DNA of 45,949 nucleotides from Catajapyx aquilonaris. Taxonomy: Eukaryota. Below the pieces are notes generated by a model that ran no database searches, was not told where the DNA came from, and worked only from the letters and a program-made list of their open reading frames with translations. Position 1 is the stretch's first letter, and every line of letters starts with the position of its first letter. Shown piece after piece: positions 12,231 through 24,372 of the stretch. A program made the position numbers and the translations under genes. The stretch is from contig KZ538825.1 in the NCBI GenBank assembly GCA_000934665.2, positions 1 through 45,949 on the forward strand. Direction: 5' to 3'.

Positions 12231-13959
12231 CGGTCCAACACTTCCATAACAATGTTCACGATTTGCGTTACAGTGCTAAACTTGTTGTCGAATCACCACT
12301 GAACAACCGAAATTCAACATCGCATTGTTCCGGAACAAACTTCCAAATTACGAACGAAAACAATGCCGCAAACTCGCATGATAATTACAATTATGTACGC
12401 GTAATTATGAACAATTCCGACCAATTGCCCCAACCAACCCCGCGCCCGGGGCTGGGCACCCTGACTAACTTGTAAGCGAAAGTTACATCTTATTTCTCAA
12501 AAGATCTCACAGTTAAAATTTATAAGCAGCCACCCCACGTCTCTCTCTTCTTCAGAGGCCACCTCCCTTCTCTCCTCGGGGCTTCTCTTTCCCCCGGTCT
12601 CGCTCAAGCTTCGGAGTGCCCAGAATAAAATCAGATAAAATCATTTATTAAATACAGAAATTAACCTGGTTGGCCACTGGTGACCGCATATTGAGCGACA
12701 CAGAGAGAAGCAAAAAGAGAAGTTAGGCCTACTCGACAGCACGTGGACCCGCCATAGTAGATACAAGGGTCTACATTCCACTCTCTCTCAATCTGCACAA
12801 AATACCTTACGTAGGCAGGAGGAAGGAACTAAATATTTATTGGAGGGTTAATACGGATTACCATGGGCAAACTATATTCAACAGGTCATGACCCAGGTCA
12901 TCACAGGAGGAATAGTTTTGCTTTTATAGCCAATCCCACGGCGAGTGTCACTTATGTAGGCTACTTCTTGCGCCGAAAAAAAAACATAACGCCGGTATAT
13001 AGGAGCCCTTATAGGACTTTTACTATATGTTGTTCAGCAGACATCACAGAACATTTCCTCCAATTTTAATATTAACATTATTTTTTACCGGGTCAAACCC
13101 TAAAATGCCTGGGCTAAATAGTTTCGTGTGTTCAGCAGAAGTGCTCAAAATGTTTTGACTGCTATCAAGAGTAATTCTTGCTGCTACATAATTATGGATC
13201 CTCCCCATCTACCCTATAGTTCATTTCAACTCATTTAACATGAAATAATGAAGCAAGACGCAACTACTTTGGTCAATAACAATATTTATTGCGCTTATTT
13301 ATGTAATGATACAAGTACAACAGTAAACACCTAGGAGTAAACACAATACAGATTGCAGGTACATCCGGAGGTACGGCGTTGACCAGCGGCTTGATAAGTT
13401 TTATGTGATATTTATTATTCAAGTATGAGTGCATACAACAATAATCAAGTTACATGGATTGTGCCAATATAATCGTATAGTCCCTTCACCACTTGTGTTT
13501 TTATGAGAATATATTTATTGGGATACTTCTCGAACGGTTATCGAATTCCATCACACTGGGCCAAATCATAATAATGGCCTCCATTTCCGTATATCAGGTG
13601 ATCTTACACTTCCTTACGACATTCCAAGACAAAATATTTAGTGAATTTCCATGATTTTGATCGCAGCAAGGAGAAAATCGCATCACTGTGCAATTCAGGG
13701 ATCCCCACAGCGCAAATCCCAACCATGTCCCAACCGTTAGGCAACCCAAGTACAGAGAGGTAATAATAACATTGTGAGAATGACTATTTTTTAATGTGAG
13801 AAAATGACAAGCAATATTACTTATGGCGAAACAAGAATAATTTATAAACGGCTAGGGTTTTTAAAAACTTTTGGAATCTATAGGCACACCCGTTTACTGG
13901 AAAATAATAATAATCACCACAAGTGAATATGGCACTGATTGTTGCTTCCAACGGCAACG

Positions 13960-14172
13960 TAACGTCAAATTGGGTGAAGGTGGCCGGCCGAGGTGAACTT
14001 GCTTGGCCACACATCCAAAAATATCATTCATGATTTTGATTTTGATTTTTACTTACCCCATTGGGTAAGTAAAATAAAAAATAAGAAAGCAATAATCATT
14101 AATGACACTTTAGGAATGGTGGTCAAATTCAACCCGCCGGCGCCGCGGCCAAGTTCACCTCATTTGGCGTTA
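13960..14172. repeat. Degenerate palindromic MITE-like element
   Basis: gaggtgaacttg (13990) pairs with caagttcacctc (14150); central ttttacttaccc/gggtaagtaaaa hairpin at ~14047-14074. Confidence 0.5.
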
Positions 14173-14993
14173 CCTGACATGTAATTAAGAAATAGCAATT
14201 TTCCAACTATATCATTAAGGCTGAAATTCCGGCCCCCAAAATAATTATGTCAGTCCAACATTATTTACAATACCGATAGGTAAACGGGAATAATGAATGC
14301 AGACGTTGCAGGGATAACTTCAGAGTTCACATGAGCATATAATACAGTAGCATAGTAATATGATTTTGGCATACTAAATTAAATGGTATCTCTTATAATC
14401 TCCGCTCAATATTGCGATGATTGTATGAGCTTCATTACGCACAGTCTTGTTGTCTCATTATTTTTGCATGACGTTTTCGAATTCGCTATTATTATTGACT
14501 CTAACAATCAATCAAGGCAGTGGCATTCATATACTACGTATATAGAGTGAATTCCAAGTATTGGGTTCTTTTCAATTATCGGGGAAATTTCGGCCAAAGT
14601 TGTTATTTTTGTTTAATTTATTTTTCATCCCCGATTGAAGCATAACTTAAAGAGATAGGTCGATCGTTGGAAAACATCTTACTATACATTAACTATCAAA
14701 AAGTGTTTCGAAAAAACCTACGTCGAACTAGTTATTTACCATCAACTATGAAGTGTTTACATTTTCTGTATCACACCAATTACTCAGCTCTTAGAACATA
14801 ATATTGGTGGGTATTTTCACGCCAAATGCTAATTGAACCCTAGATTTAGAAAACTCCAAACTCATTGCATTCCGCAATGATGTCATGGTGCATAATAGAT
14901 CACTAATCTTATTACCTGAGCAGCTATCCCTGTAGTTGTTCGTACCATTGAATATGTAGAAACTGTACAGTATACTGCACTTATTTATTGATA

Positions 14994-14994
<1 letters not shown>

Positions 14995-15050
<56 letters not shown>

Positions 15051-15333
15051 GTGGTACACCGTGCAAGGGCCGTAGGCCCTCTTAGGGGGTGGGGTGGGTA
15101 GAATACTACCATTTTTTGGAACCATATAATATTTATATGATTTAATTGTTACAAGGGTAGGTAGGAGGGGATGTGCAAAGTGCAAGTGCAATGTCGTTTC
15201 TTGATCATTTTGTGAACTCCCCCGGGTGGATTAGTCTAGCGGAAATTTCCACCCGAGACGAAGACAGAGATGGTTCAACTCTGCACGAGATGAAGGGGGA
15301 ACCCCGGGTTGGGCTCGATCCCGGGACTCCCTA
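14995..15333 (-). mobile_element. 5'-truncated tRNA-derived SINE (family A) with (AAT)n tail and 12-bp TSD
   Basis: Reverse complement matches the SINE at 27581-27923 from the B-box onward; (ATT)n at ~14995-15050; TSD atttattgatat at 14983-14994 and 15334-15345. Confidence 0.9.
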
Positions 15334-15433
15334 ATTTATTGATATGTATTAATAGTTTGGATAATTCAGTAGGGCGAGGGTGAGTTTGTAACATTATTTT
15401 GTCAGACGATATTACATATTCCGATTGAATAGC

Positions 15434-17383
15434 TCAATTTAAACATGGATAAGGCAGGCTGTTGGTGTAGCGAGACAGTAAATTTTGAACTAAAGTTTCT
15501 TTGACAAAAGCAGCGAGAGAAGCTGCGCTACCAAAGACTAGGATATAGAATGCACCCCCGACGCTTTCCAAAGTGATGGCCACAGTGCCTTCCTCCACTA
15601 GAGCTACGCCATCCTCTCGCCTCTTCCTAAACTTCTGCAGCATATGCATGTGATTTATAAATGGGGTTTTCATCGTCTCAAGACCCGAGCTGTGATATAT
15701 TCCCATCCAGTAATCGAAGTTGTCCTGGTAAACTTTGCCTTTGGCAAGAAGAGCAGCGTTGTGCAGTAAGCCGAAACTGTCGGTGGATATGAATGTGTTG
15801 TCCCGGCCGTACACGTCGATGTCGTGAGATATGTTCTGCAAGAGAAAGTCAGCTCCCAGGCAGACTCTGTCATAGAGCATAAAGTTGGGAACACAACCAG
15901 ATAAAGCGTGTACTTGAATTAATTTTTTGATCAGTGGTTTGTAATGCTGTCGCAAGGTCACATCCTGCATAACGTTTTCATAAACAAATGCCTCTATGTA
16001 TATATCAAACTTGGAATCCTCCAGTTCCTGGATATTGGCTGGGACCTCCTCCTTCGGAGGGAAAGCTATGAAGCAATATAGCTTGCTCACGTATCCGGTC
16101 ATTACAATTAGTACAAAAAATATCCACATCGATACAAATGCCCTTGAAGACGACAACTCGCGAGAAAGGTCGTTGGAGATTTGTGCAATGATATGGCGTG
16201 CAAGATATTTCGAGGTATACAATGCGGAGCGAAAAGGAGACTGTGATCCTATCACTTCAAACTGCAACTTTGCGAAGGTACAAAGGAACAAGCCAGACAG
16301 AAAAAAGCCGATGGCAAACGCACACCAACATACCGTGTCATAGGGATACACTATGATTAGCGGAGTTTGCAAATCTCGTGGGGTCCTGGCGAGAAAAGAC
16401 ATATGAAACGGAAGGTGTTTGGGTGCGACGTGAAGCAAGGAGTATACAAGCTCAATCAACGGGCCGATTGGCAAAAATGAGAGTTTTCCTCTCCTGAAAT
16501 CATCGAACACCAGAGCAGCGTGGCTCATATTTTTCATAAGTAGAACGATGTCGATGCTGTCGACATGCCATTTGAAGTTCAGGGCTTCAGCAATAAAACA
16601 AATGTCAGCGAAATGAAAATATGGATCGCACATAGTGTCGTCCATTTCACGGAGATACAATCCTTCAAGTTTCAAACCACCCAGATCGTTTGCTGTGTTT
16701 CGAAACAGATATTTGTCAAATGTAACGTTTGTGGTCACATTGAACATGACATGGTCGAAGGTAGGTCCATCGCAGAAAAGGCATACTGAATTGACCTGAA
16801 TACTATTGTCATCTCCAGCAGTGAGGGACACCTTCAACTTGATGTTGGATGCAGGTTTTTCAGCCAGGAATTCGTTGCCATCCGAATCCCTGATCCAAAA
16901 GACGAAGGGGTCGCGAGTGGTTTTTGCCACTATCAGGGCCACATCTGGATCCAAATGCGCCTCCATGACATCCTCGTAGTTGTCAGCACACGTTATGACC
17001 AGGTGTACTGAGCACTTGGCTTGCTTCGATGCAGATTCCACATCCATCCCCCCATATACTTCTCCTTCATCTACTGAGTCATCGCAGGTCCAGGTGCTTT
17101 TTGATTCTGAACTGGAGATGACCACTGGTCTCCCCACTCTGGACATGTTGGCCAGAAGCGTCTGGACACTTGCAGGAAGGGCCTTTCCCACGTCGTGACT
17201 CACCACCAAAGGACATTCCAGCTCCACAACCCTCTCATTGTTTAATGCTCTCCACACGAACTGAGACTCGGCATGTCCGTTCACCGTCTGGTCGGTCATA
17301 GAAACGCTGGCAGATGTCACTCTGAATGCGAGAAATACTAGCCAAGTACTAATATGAATCTTCATAATTGTACTCATACCCAT
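15434..17383 (-). CDS. Divergent ionotropic receptor (IR, variant iGluR chemoreceptor), single exon, 649 aa
   Basis: Signal-peptide-like N-terminus; pre-M1 PYDTVCW plus M1; SSSRAFVSMWIFFVLIVMTGYVSKLYCFIAFP (M3, SYTANLAAF-equivalent); PANIQEL at the start of S2; SSGL; final TM ITLESVGGAFYILVFGSAASLAAFVKE. Intronless structure is typical of divergent IRs. Confidence 0.88.
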   Translation of the reverse strand: MGMSTIMKIHISTWLVFLAFRVTSASVSMTDQTVNGHAESQFVWRALNNERVVELECPLVVSHDVGKALPASVQTLLANMSRVGRPVVISSSESKSTWTCDDSVDEGEVYGGMDVESASKQAKCSVHLVITCADNYEDVMEAHLDPDVALIVAKTTRDPFVFWIRDSDGNEFLAEKPASNIKLKVSLTAGDDNSIQVNSVCLFCDGPTFDHVMFNVTTNVTFDKYLFRNTANDLGGLKLEGLYLREMDDTMCDPYFHFADICFIAEALNFKWHVDSIDIVLLMKNMSHAALVFDDFRRGKLSFLPIGPLIELVYSLLHVAPKHLPFHMSFLARTPRDLQTPLIIVYPYDTVCWCAFAIGFFLSGLFLCTFAKLQFEVIGSQSPFRSALYTSKYLARHIIAQISNDLSRELSSSRAFVSMWIFFVLIVMTGYVSKLYCFIAFPPKEEVPANIQELEDSKFDIYIEAFVYENVMQDVTLRQHYKPLIKKLIQVHALSGCVPNFMLYDRVCLGADFLLQNISHDIDVYGRDNTFISTDSFGLLHNAALLAKGKVYQDNFDYWMGIYHSSGLETMKTPFINHMHMLQKFRKRREDGVALVEEGTVAITLESVGGAFYILVFGSAASLAAFVKETLVQNLLSRYTNSLPYPCLN

Positions 17384-19145
17384 TGCTATGTCGACTTGGC
17401 ACTGCTCTAATGTCCAGACTGCTTTCCGACAGTCCGTTACGCCAACTCATTATGAGTGCGGAAACATGCATCATATATGAAAATAAGACAGAAGTGCTTT
17501 TGAATTCACGCATTTCATACGTTGCCACAGTGAAAATGTCGATATCTATGTACAGACTTGTAATTGAACTTGTCAATACTCAGCAACCTTGTACAAGCTC
17601 ACGTATTTCCTCCTTGCTTATTGCATGGGATGACCTTTTGTGTTATGTTATGTCCTGTAGGGATTATGTGCCGATATTCATAAGCAAGTTTCTAACTTTG
17701 GCAGGTAAGCATTCCTTTTTGTATGGCTGATGTGTGTTAAAAAGAAAATGGCAGATAACAATATTTAAACATTTCTTCAACAGATTACGGGGCTATTCCA
17801 ACAGCATGCAATATCACGGAATAATCGTGTGGTTAATTCAACATCGGAACTCTGTAAAACATGCATCATAATTTTATTGTAAATAGAAGTAAGTTTATAG
17901 CACTTTACAGTTTTTAGTGAAATCCAATCGTATTAGTACATGGCTTTAAAAATGTTTATGCCTCATTATCCGTCAAAATTGCCTTCTGATGTATATCAGA
18001 AATCTCATAAAATAAAATAACCCCCCCCCCCCCTTTCAAGCATTAGCATTAATTTGGAGCCTGGAATAGGGTAACATGGGGAAATTCCAATATGGAGCAA
18101 TGCCAACTACGAAACATCTGTAGACCTGTATCTTGTCTGGGCGTAGTTGAACATCATAGTAACGTGAACATCCACTTTTCTGGGTATGACTCCGGAAGTG
18201 ACATCCAAAAAGGGGGGTGACAATTTTTTTATACATTCGATATCTATTCAAACCCTCATAGTCTCGTTTAGCTTAGGCATCAGTAGACGTAATCTGGATG
18301 TCAGGAGTTAAATGATTTTGTGATCTACTCTTTTCTGACTGCTTATACATATCATCAAAGATATCATAGACATTTTTAAACCAACCGAAACCATTACGGG
18401 GGTTCTGGAGCATTTGGATGGGTCTCTGAAATAAGTGTGAACAGAGCAGACCATACACAGGAATTCTCCATAAACTTAATCTCTGTTACAACGCAATTAA
18501 CAACGTAGAAATTAACTATCATGTGATGAGACAATAAATGTTTGCAGTCCACAACTTGAACGAACACCCGAAAAATGATCATATACACGCATCGACCAGG
18601 GTAAGGACAAGTACTTAAAACAAGGAACTATGATTTTACAACTCTCTGAATCCGGTCATATGCCCAATATCACGAGACCACCTGAGACAATCGCTTAGGC
18701 ATAGATTTTTGAGCAGTTTTGCTATGCCTAGTGAAAAAGATTTTTATTATTCAAGCATCTAATTGTTTCATCCTGTCAATTTTAATATGAGCATCCAAAT
18801 ATGGCAAAAAAATTATTAAGGATTAATATGATTTTTGGCTGACTGGATTAAATGTTTTTCTCAGAAGGTTCAATATAGCAATGGTTGTGTAGCAGTCATC
18901 ACGTCTCATTACTTTTGCATTGCCTTATAATTTGAGGCACACGGGTCATATTTTAGTGAATCCGCTGATGCACACAAGTAGGACTATTTAGATATTACAG
19001 GCCTGTAGAATATCTTATGCTCTTTAAAAGTACGATTTTGTAATTAACTTTAAATAATTTCATTAATCCTGAACCCTATTTAACTTGTATTTTGTAAAAG
19101 AGTTTTGCTCAAATTACACCTACTAAAAACTAAATGTAGTAGCTA

Positions 19146-19340
19146 CAGTTGAAGCAGGATATATTTAACAGACTTCAAGGGATAGGGGAAATCAGTCTGT
19201 TATAATTATAACCGAGATCTGTTATATAAGCCGAATACAAAAGCCATAATTATATGGAAATATGCCTGGACCGGTTTTTAGAGTCTCTTATAACCGAAAG
19301 TATATGTTATAGACGAGGCTGTTATATCAGGATTCATCTG
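19146..19340. mobile_element. pogo/Tigger-like MITE
   Basis: ta|cagttgaagcaggatata ... tatatcaggattcatctg|ta: imperfect TIRs with TA duplication. Confidence 0.6.
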
Positions 19341-20892
19341 TAGTACTTACACGTGTACACCTATTATGTGTATGGAGTAACCATTTACACAAATAAATGC
19401 TACAATATACGTAAAATACACATGTAATACGTACTCTGTCACATACGTGATAGCTAGTTTTAAATATTTTGGAAGTACGACTTTAAATGTATAAGTGTAA
19501 AAAAAAAATCTTTTTCATAACTGTAGATTTTCTTTCAACTACACCTAAAAAATTCCATCTTGACATCATTATAAATTCGCAGAAATAAATTTTCAGTGTT
19601 ACATTTGATTTGCACTTCCAAGTGGCCGTACTTTTAGTTGCTCTCCGACGTGTCTGAAAATTTTTGTATGAGTACAAGAATGCACTGCATAAAATAAAAA
19701 AATTAAGTCCATCAAAATGTTTAGTTTTGCTACATAATATTTAAATACGATTTCAGGGGGAAAACGCGTACAAATGTCATATAGCCTACTCGTAAAAGGT
19801 ACGAGGTACCAGTAAAACAAAATCATCGTGTACTCTAAACTCAGAAATACCAAACTCTCCGAATACCGGTACCTCGTTTACATACAGCTTCTTCACAATT
19901 AAAGACTACAGTTATTGGGAAAAAAGCCAATATCCGAGATACTTTTAAGATGTAAGTTGTTATGCACTTTACCTTTTCATTATTATAAATATACAAATAA
20001 GTAAGTGCGAGTAAGTGCGCATTTAACCATCATCATCATGAGGTCTACTGCAACCTGCAGACAACGGTCGCCATAACAATAACAATGACGACACTGATGT
20101 TACAGTACACCAGTACATTCTTTTCCGGGAATCTCAATCCAGGCGTAGCACGTGCCTTCCGAATTCCCAAACGTGTTTGATCCCAATAGTGTCTCGGATA
20201 TAGGAAATTGAACCTGCACCTGTCTTATTGACTGTAGTTTCCCAATACTTGCCTATTCGCCTGTATATGAAATGACTATCTGGATGATTATGCCATCAAA
20301 TATTCATAAATGTCATGCCCTTGACTTGTGAATGTCAATAAGGTCAATTTCGAGTCAATACCACTTGCGAAAATAATGAGCCAACATTACTGATACACGT
20401 GCCTAACTGTTGCACAAACATCGCTTTATTGAACATTTCTAGGAAGTATCATTTATTTATTTAGCCCATATCAGGTTGATCCGTAATTTTTTTTTGTAAT
20501 ACAGTATAACTGAAGGCCACAATATACCCATATAGTAAAAGTATAGCACCTTTTCTGAAACGACAAAAAAAAATCATCAAAAATTTCTGGGATCCGCAAA
20601 CATGATTAGCTCCTCTGAATCATGTGACTGACAGGTAATGCCACTGTCAAATTATTAAAAAATTATATTTCATTCAGCCATAAATAAAAAACAAATTTTA
20701 TTATTTTCCGGCTCAAAATCTTATTGACAATTGAGTTATTTGGTTTAAAAATATCACGCCGCAACATGCAAATACGATCTCATATTTAATTGATCAAAAA
20801 TACAGTAATTTCAAATATCTATCTGATCCCATTCCTACCACTGTATTTTGAGCGCTGTTCAGAGGGTCGTGGATGGGAATGCACCCGATTCC

Positions 20893-20901
20893 AAGATGGC
20901 G
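20893..20901 (+). promoter_or_regulatory. YY1/Pho-type AAGATGGCG motif upstream of ZF paralogue 1 (also 24265-24273 for paralogue 2; AAAATGGCG at 31054-31062 for paralogue 3)
   Basis: Same motif and orientation 50-100 bp before the ATG of three paralogues; cacccg precedes it in paralogues 1 and 2. Confidence 0.5.
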
Positions 20902-20951
20902 ATCACTTGTCCTCATCTCATTGTTTGAGTTTGCCCTTTTCTTGTTGAGAG

Positions 20952-23669
20952 ATGGAAGGAGGGCATGAAACACTTCTGCTTCGGATGTGCCGCCTGCTGG
21001 AGAGGCGGGTGGTCCAGGCGGACACGCTGGAGAGGAAGGTGGAGGAGATATGCGGGAGGGTAGCCAGGATTGAGGGCTTGCTGAGGAAGGAAAGAGCTGG
21101 AGAAATGAGTGTGTGTGAGTTGCTCAGAGGCTTATTCAAAAGGGTACAGCATACCTTTGCACGGATTTTGGTTTATCCAACTTATTCGGATAATAGAGAA
21201 ATGATTCATGGATGTATATTTTTTTTTTGGTTAATTGAAACAAAATTAGATGCAGCTCATCAGTTACGAATGTATGTTGAGGAATTGATTCTTTTTCAGA
21301 CTCTGAGCATCATCCACCAAGTTATTGCCAAATGGAGGACAGTCTTCAAATCCACTCCAATCAACACGGTACATTGGATGGTAGTTCATGTGCAGGTGGT
21401 GGAGATTTTACCCAGGAAATAGAGGTTACCAATAATGTGGATGTTTTGGTGAGGCTCTCCGCATGTGATAAATAGCTACAATTTTTTATTATTATTACCG
21501 GTATTATTTTTTAAATTTATTTGTTGTACCCTGTGATACGGGTTGTATAGGGGTGATTTCTTCAGAAACTTAGGGCCATTTTCTCGAACAGTGGTTCAAA
21601 TGTAAACCCGGTTCAAAGCCGGTTTAAACCCTTGACAACAGCCTAACAACAATCAAATCAGGGATTAAACTGGCTTTGAATCCGGTTTACATTTGAACCA
21701 CTGCACTGTTCGAGAAAACGGCCCTAATGGAAATGGTATTCTATTCGTCTCATTTTTATGGTGCCTCTAAATAATGCTCTCATAATAACACATGCATTTG
21801 GTTGCTGAGCACTCCAGGCCCATATGAAACTAAGTTTTGTAGTAGTCATCTAGTATGATCCAGTAACAAGTGTATACTAATTGCATGTTTTAACTTCAGG
21901 ATTGCGGAAAGCAACAAGCAGAGAAGAGTGCGAGTACTCAGCATCATGGAATATTTAGGAAGAGAGTTAGCAGTCCTTTTGGGGGTAATGACAAGAAAGC
22001 AGCGAGGGATGCGGGTGGCCACCTTGAGTGCACAGTTGCCTCAAGAGGGAGAGGGAGTGATAGAATGGATAACCTACAGCTGGAGAATGGAACTGATTCT
22101 AGTTCAGTAGTGGATCAAAAGTCGAGGGCATTAGACAGAGTGGGCTTATGGTGTGTGGTGTGTGGACAGAAGTTTCGGAGCACCAATAATCTCCAAAACC
22201 ATATGAAACAGTGGCATGAAGCAGGAGAGGTGATGATCAAATGTGAACCTGGAGAAACCGAATCAATCGATCTTGTACCAAGTGGTGACTTGTGTATCAA
22301 CGATGACATGTGGATTAATTGTATGGAAGTAAGCAATCCCGCAGAGACTGAGGTGAGTGTTACATTTCTTATTATTTTTCAATGCAATCGTAAGAATTGT
22401 GATGTACCAACATGAGTATAAGCATACAAACTAAATAATATCCTAAAAGCAATGCCTGAAAATATGAGTGTAAATTATGACAAGTATAATGGAAGTTTAC
22501 AGAAGCCCATTAACTCCCATCAGCAAATGGATTTTTCCGTTAATTAATTAATTTCACTGAAGTTCATGCATCTACTCTTCAGGAATCTTGGAGGCGGGAG
22601 ATGAGAGACACTGCATCAAACCATGATGCTGCTGCATGTAGAAACTCACCGCCTACGATGCAAAACAACCAACAGGTCAGCATAAATAAACCTGTAGAGC
22701 CACACAACTCAAAAAGTCTGCATCAGGCAATATCTGATATCACTGATTGTCAGTATCAAAGAGTGTCTGATGGTGACCTAAAATCACATTGATTAAATTC
22801 ACGTTGTACAGAGTGAATCTAACCAGAAATAACACTTGTTGACAAAAACTTACGTACTTAACTGTTTGCCATTAAGCAGAAAATAATTGGTTACAATGAA
22901 GTTGTTAGAATTAATTGGTGAACTTGTGGCACTTCACACTGGCTATCTGTCTGAATCACGAATATTTTACAAGTCACGACAGCTACAACCTTCAAGAAAT
23001 TTTATGCCAACTTCTCACATACACTATAATATTCACAATATGTTGAAAACGATATTTAATTTTAGGATCTTTTTATTACAGTTATAATCAAAAGTGGAAA
23101 ATATCTTGAGCCCTTTTTTCCAGTGTGGGGTCAGCGGCACAACACTTTCCTCGCCGACTTCTCTTGCGGCTTCCTTCAGTTCTCAGGAGAATCTGAGAGC
23201 TTGGAGGAGCAAGGATATAAAACTGGGTTCCAGGGAAAAAATGCCTATTGCCAGCTGGACTGCCTCATATGGAGGGAGCCATGAGAGTGAACCTATTTTA
23301 CCTGTTAGGGGTAGACCTCCAAAAATTATGTGTAATAAGAATAGAGCACGGCCTGGCATAAAATGTTTAGAGTGTTCATACATTGCGAAGGATAAGTTCA
23401 CTTTTAATGTCCACATGAGAGTTCACACTGGGGAAAAGCCTTTTAAGTGTGAAGTGTGTGAAAAATGTTTTTCACAAAGTAGTTCTCTCAACTTGCATCT
23501 GAAGACTGTTCACATGGAAAGTAAACCTCATGTTTGTGTTGTTTGTGGCGCTAGGTATGCCCAATATGTAAAGATGAAAGAACACATGTCTTGCCATGTA
23601 GTTAACATTGACAGTCGCAACACTTTAAGGTCACCTGTGGAAAGTGTTACAGGGAATGAACTGATATGA
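20952..23669 (+). CDS. Coiled-coil/C2H2 zinc-finger protein, paralogue 1 (~459 aa, 1+3 fingers)
   Basis: Predicted exons 20952-21114, 21300-21424, 21900-22352, 22583-22675, 23124-23669; all GT-AG and frame-consistent (phases 1,0,0,0; the exon-2 donor gttacc is weak). Exon 1 LLER...RVARIEG; finger CVVC..HMKQWH in exon 3; three fingers with an HTGEKP linker in the last exon. Confidence 0.8.
21573..21724. mobile_element. PIF/Harbinger-like MITE in intron 2 of paralogue 1
   Basis: TIRs gggccattttctcgaacagtg / cactgttcgagaaaacggccc flanked by tta/taa; internally palindromic. Confidence 0.75.
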
Positions 23670-24372
23670 GGATTCTTGAGTCACATTATATCTCCACCCA
23701 CAGCTTGGATAGCGATTCGTATGTGAGAGTGTGTTCAGGTGTGTTAAAGACTGATCATATTTTGGGGAAGCACGCCAGGAAAATTGTAATCTCAATGTAT
23801 TTAATGTTTACAATATTGTTTTTTAGAAGTTATTTTAATTCAAATGTTATTACAGTGGCAGTATTCAAATTTGAAATCCATCTTCACCTTAGTTATAAAT
23901 GAAGCCAATACTGTGAAAGGCTGTGCAGGACCATTACAGGGTATCTGCGATCATCGTTATTATTTTAAGTGTCATTTAGCTTAAGATATCAGCTACAACA
24001 TGGCATTAATGATGCTGTAAGACGTAAATTAAAAAAGTTAAAGTATAATTTTGTTGTTTCCCCAGTGCAACATCATTGGTATTTAAAAATTACAGCATCG
24101 TTTAATTTTCCTCATGGACCATTTTAAAGTCGACAACAAAATTTTGAAATTCGCGAATTTTCATACCGTTTAGTTACATGTTCCGTTTATTAATTCTGAC
24201 GTCACTGCATTAATGAACGCTGCAGATCAAGCCTCGACAACAGGAGTAGGAACACACCCGTTCAAAGATGGCGTCTCATTAGCAACTTGCCTGGAACCAA
24301 GGTGGCCTGGAACCGTGCCTGGAACCTTTTGGTCTTTTTAGAAGCTCCTTTTCTTGGGAATCGGGCGCTCAC

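Noticed and set aside
12700..12970. Possible decayed LINE 3' fragment on the minus strand
   Set aside because: Multiple stops and no diagnostic motif; too weak to call.
14791..15191. Poly-Asn/poly-Ile ORFs (also 45061-45414)
   Set aside because: Translations of (ATT)n retroelement tails.
20952..21114. Assignment of the N-terminal domain to ZAD, BTB or bZIP
   Set aside because: No CxxC...CxxC pairs, too short for BTB, and no basic region before a Leu zipper.
20952..21422. 156-aa single-exon reading of paralogue 1 (and stop-terminated short versions of other exon-1 ORFs)
   Set aside because: Similarity among paralogues stops at a shared phase-1 donor; the extensions are intron read-through.
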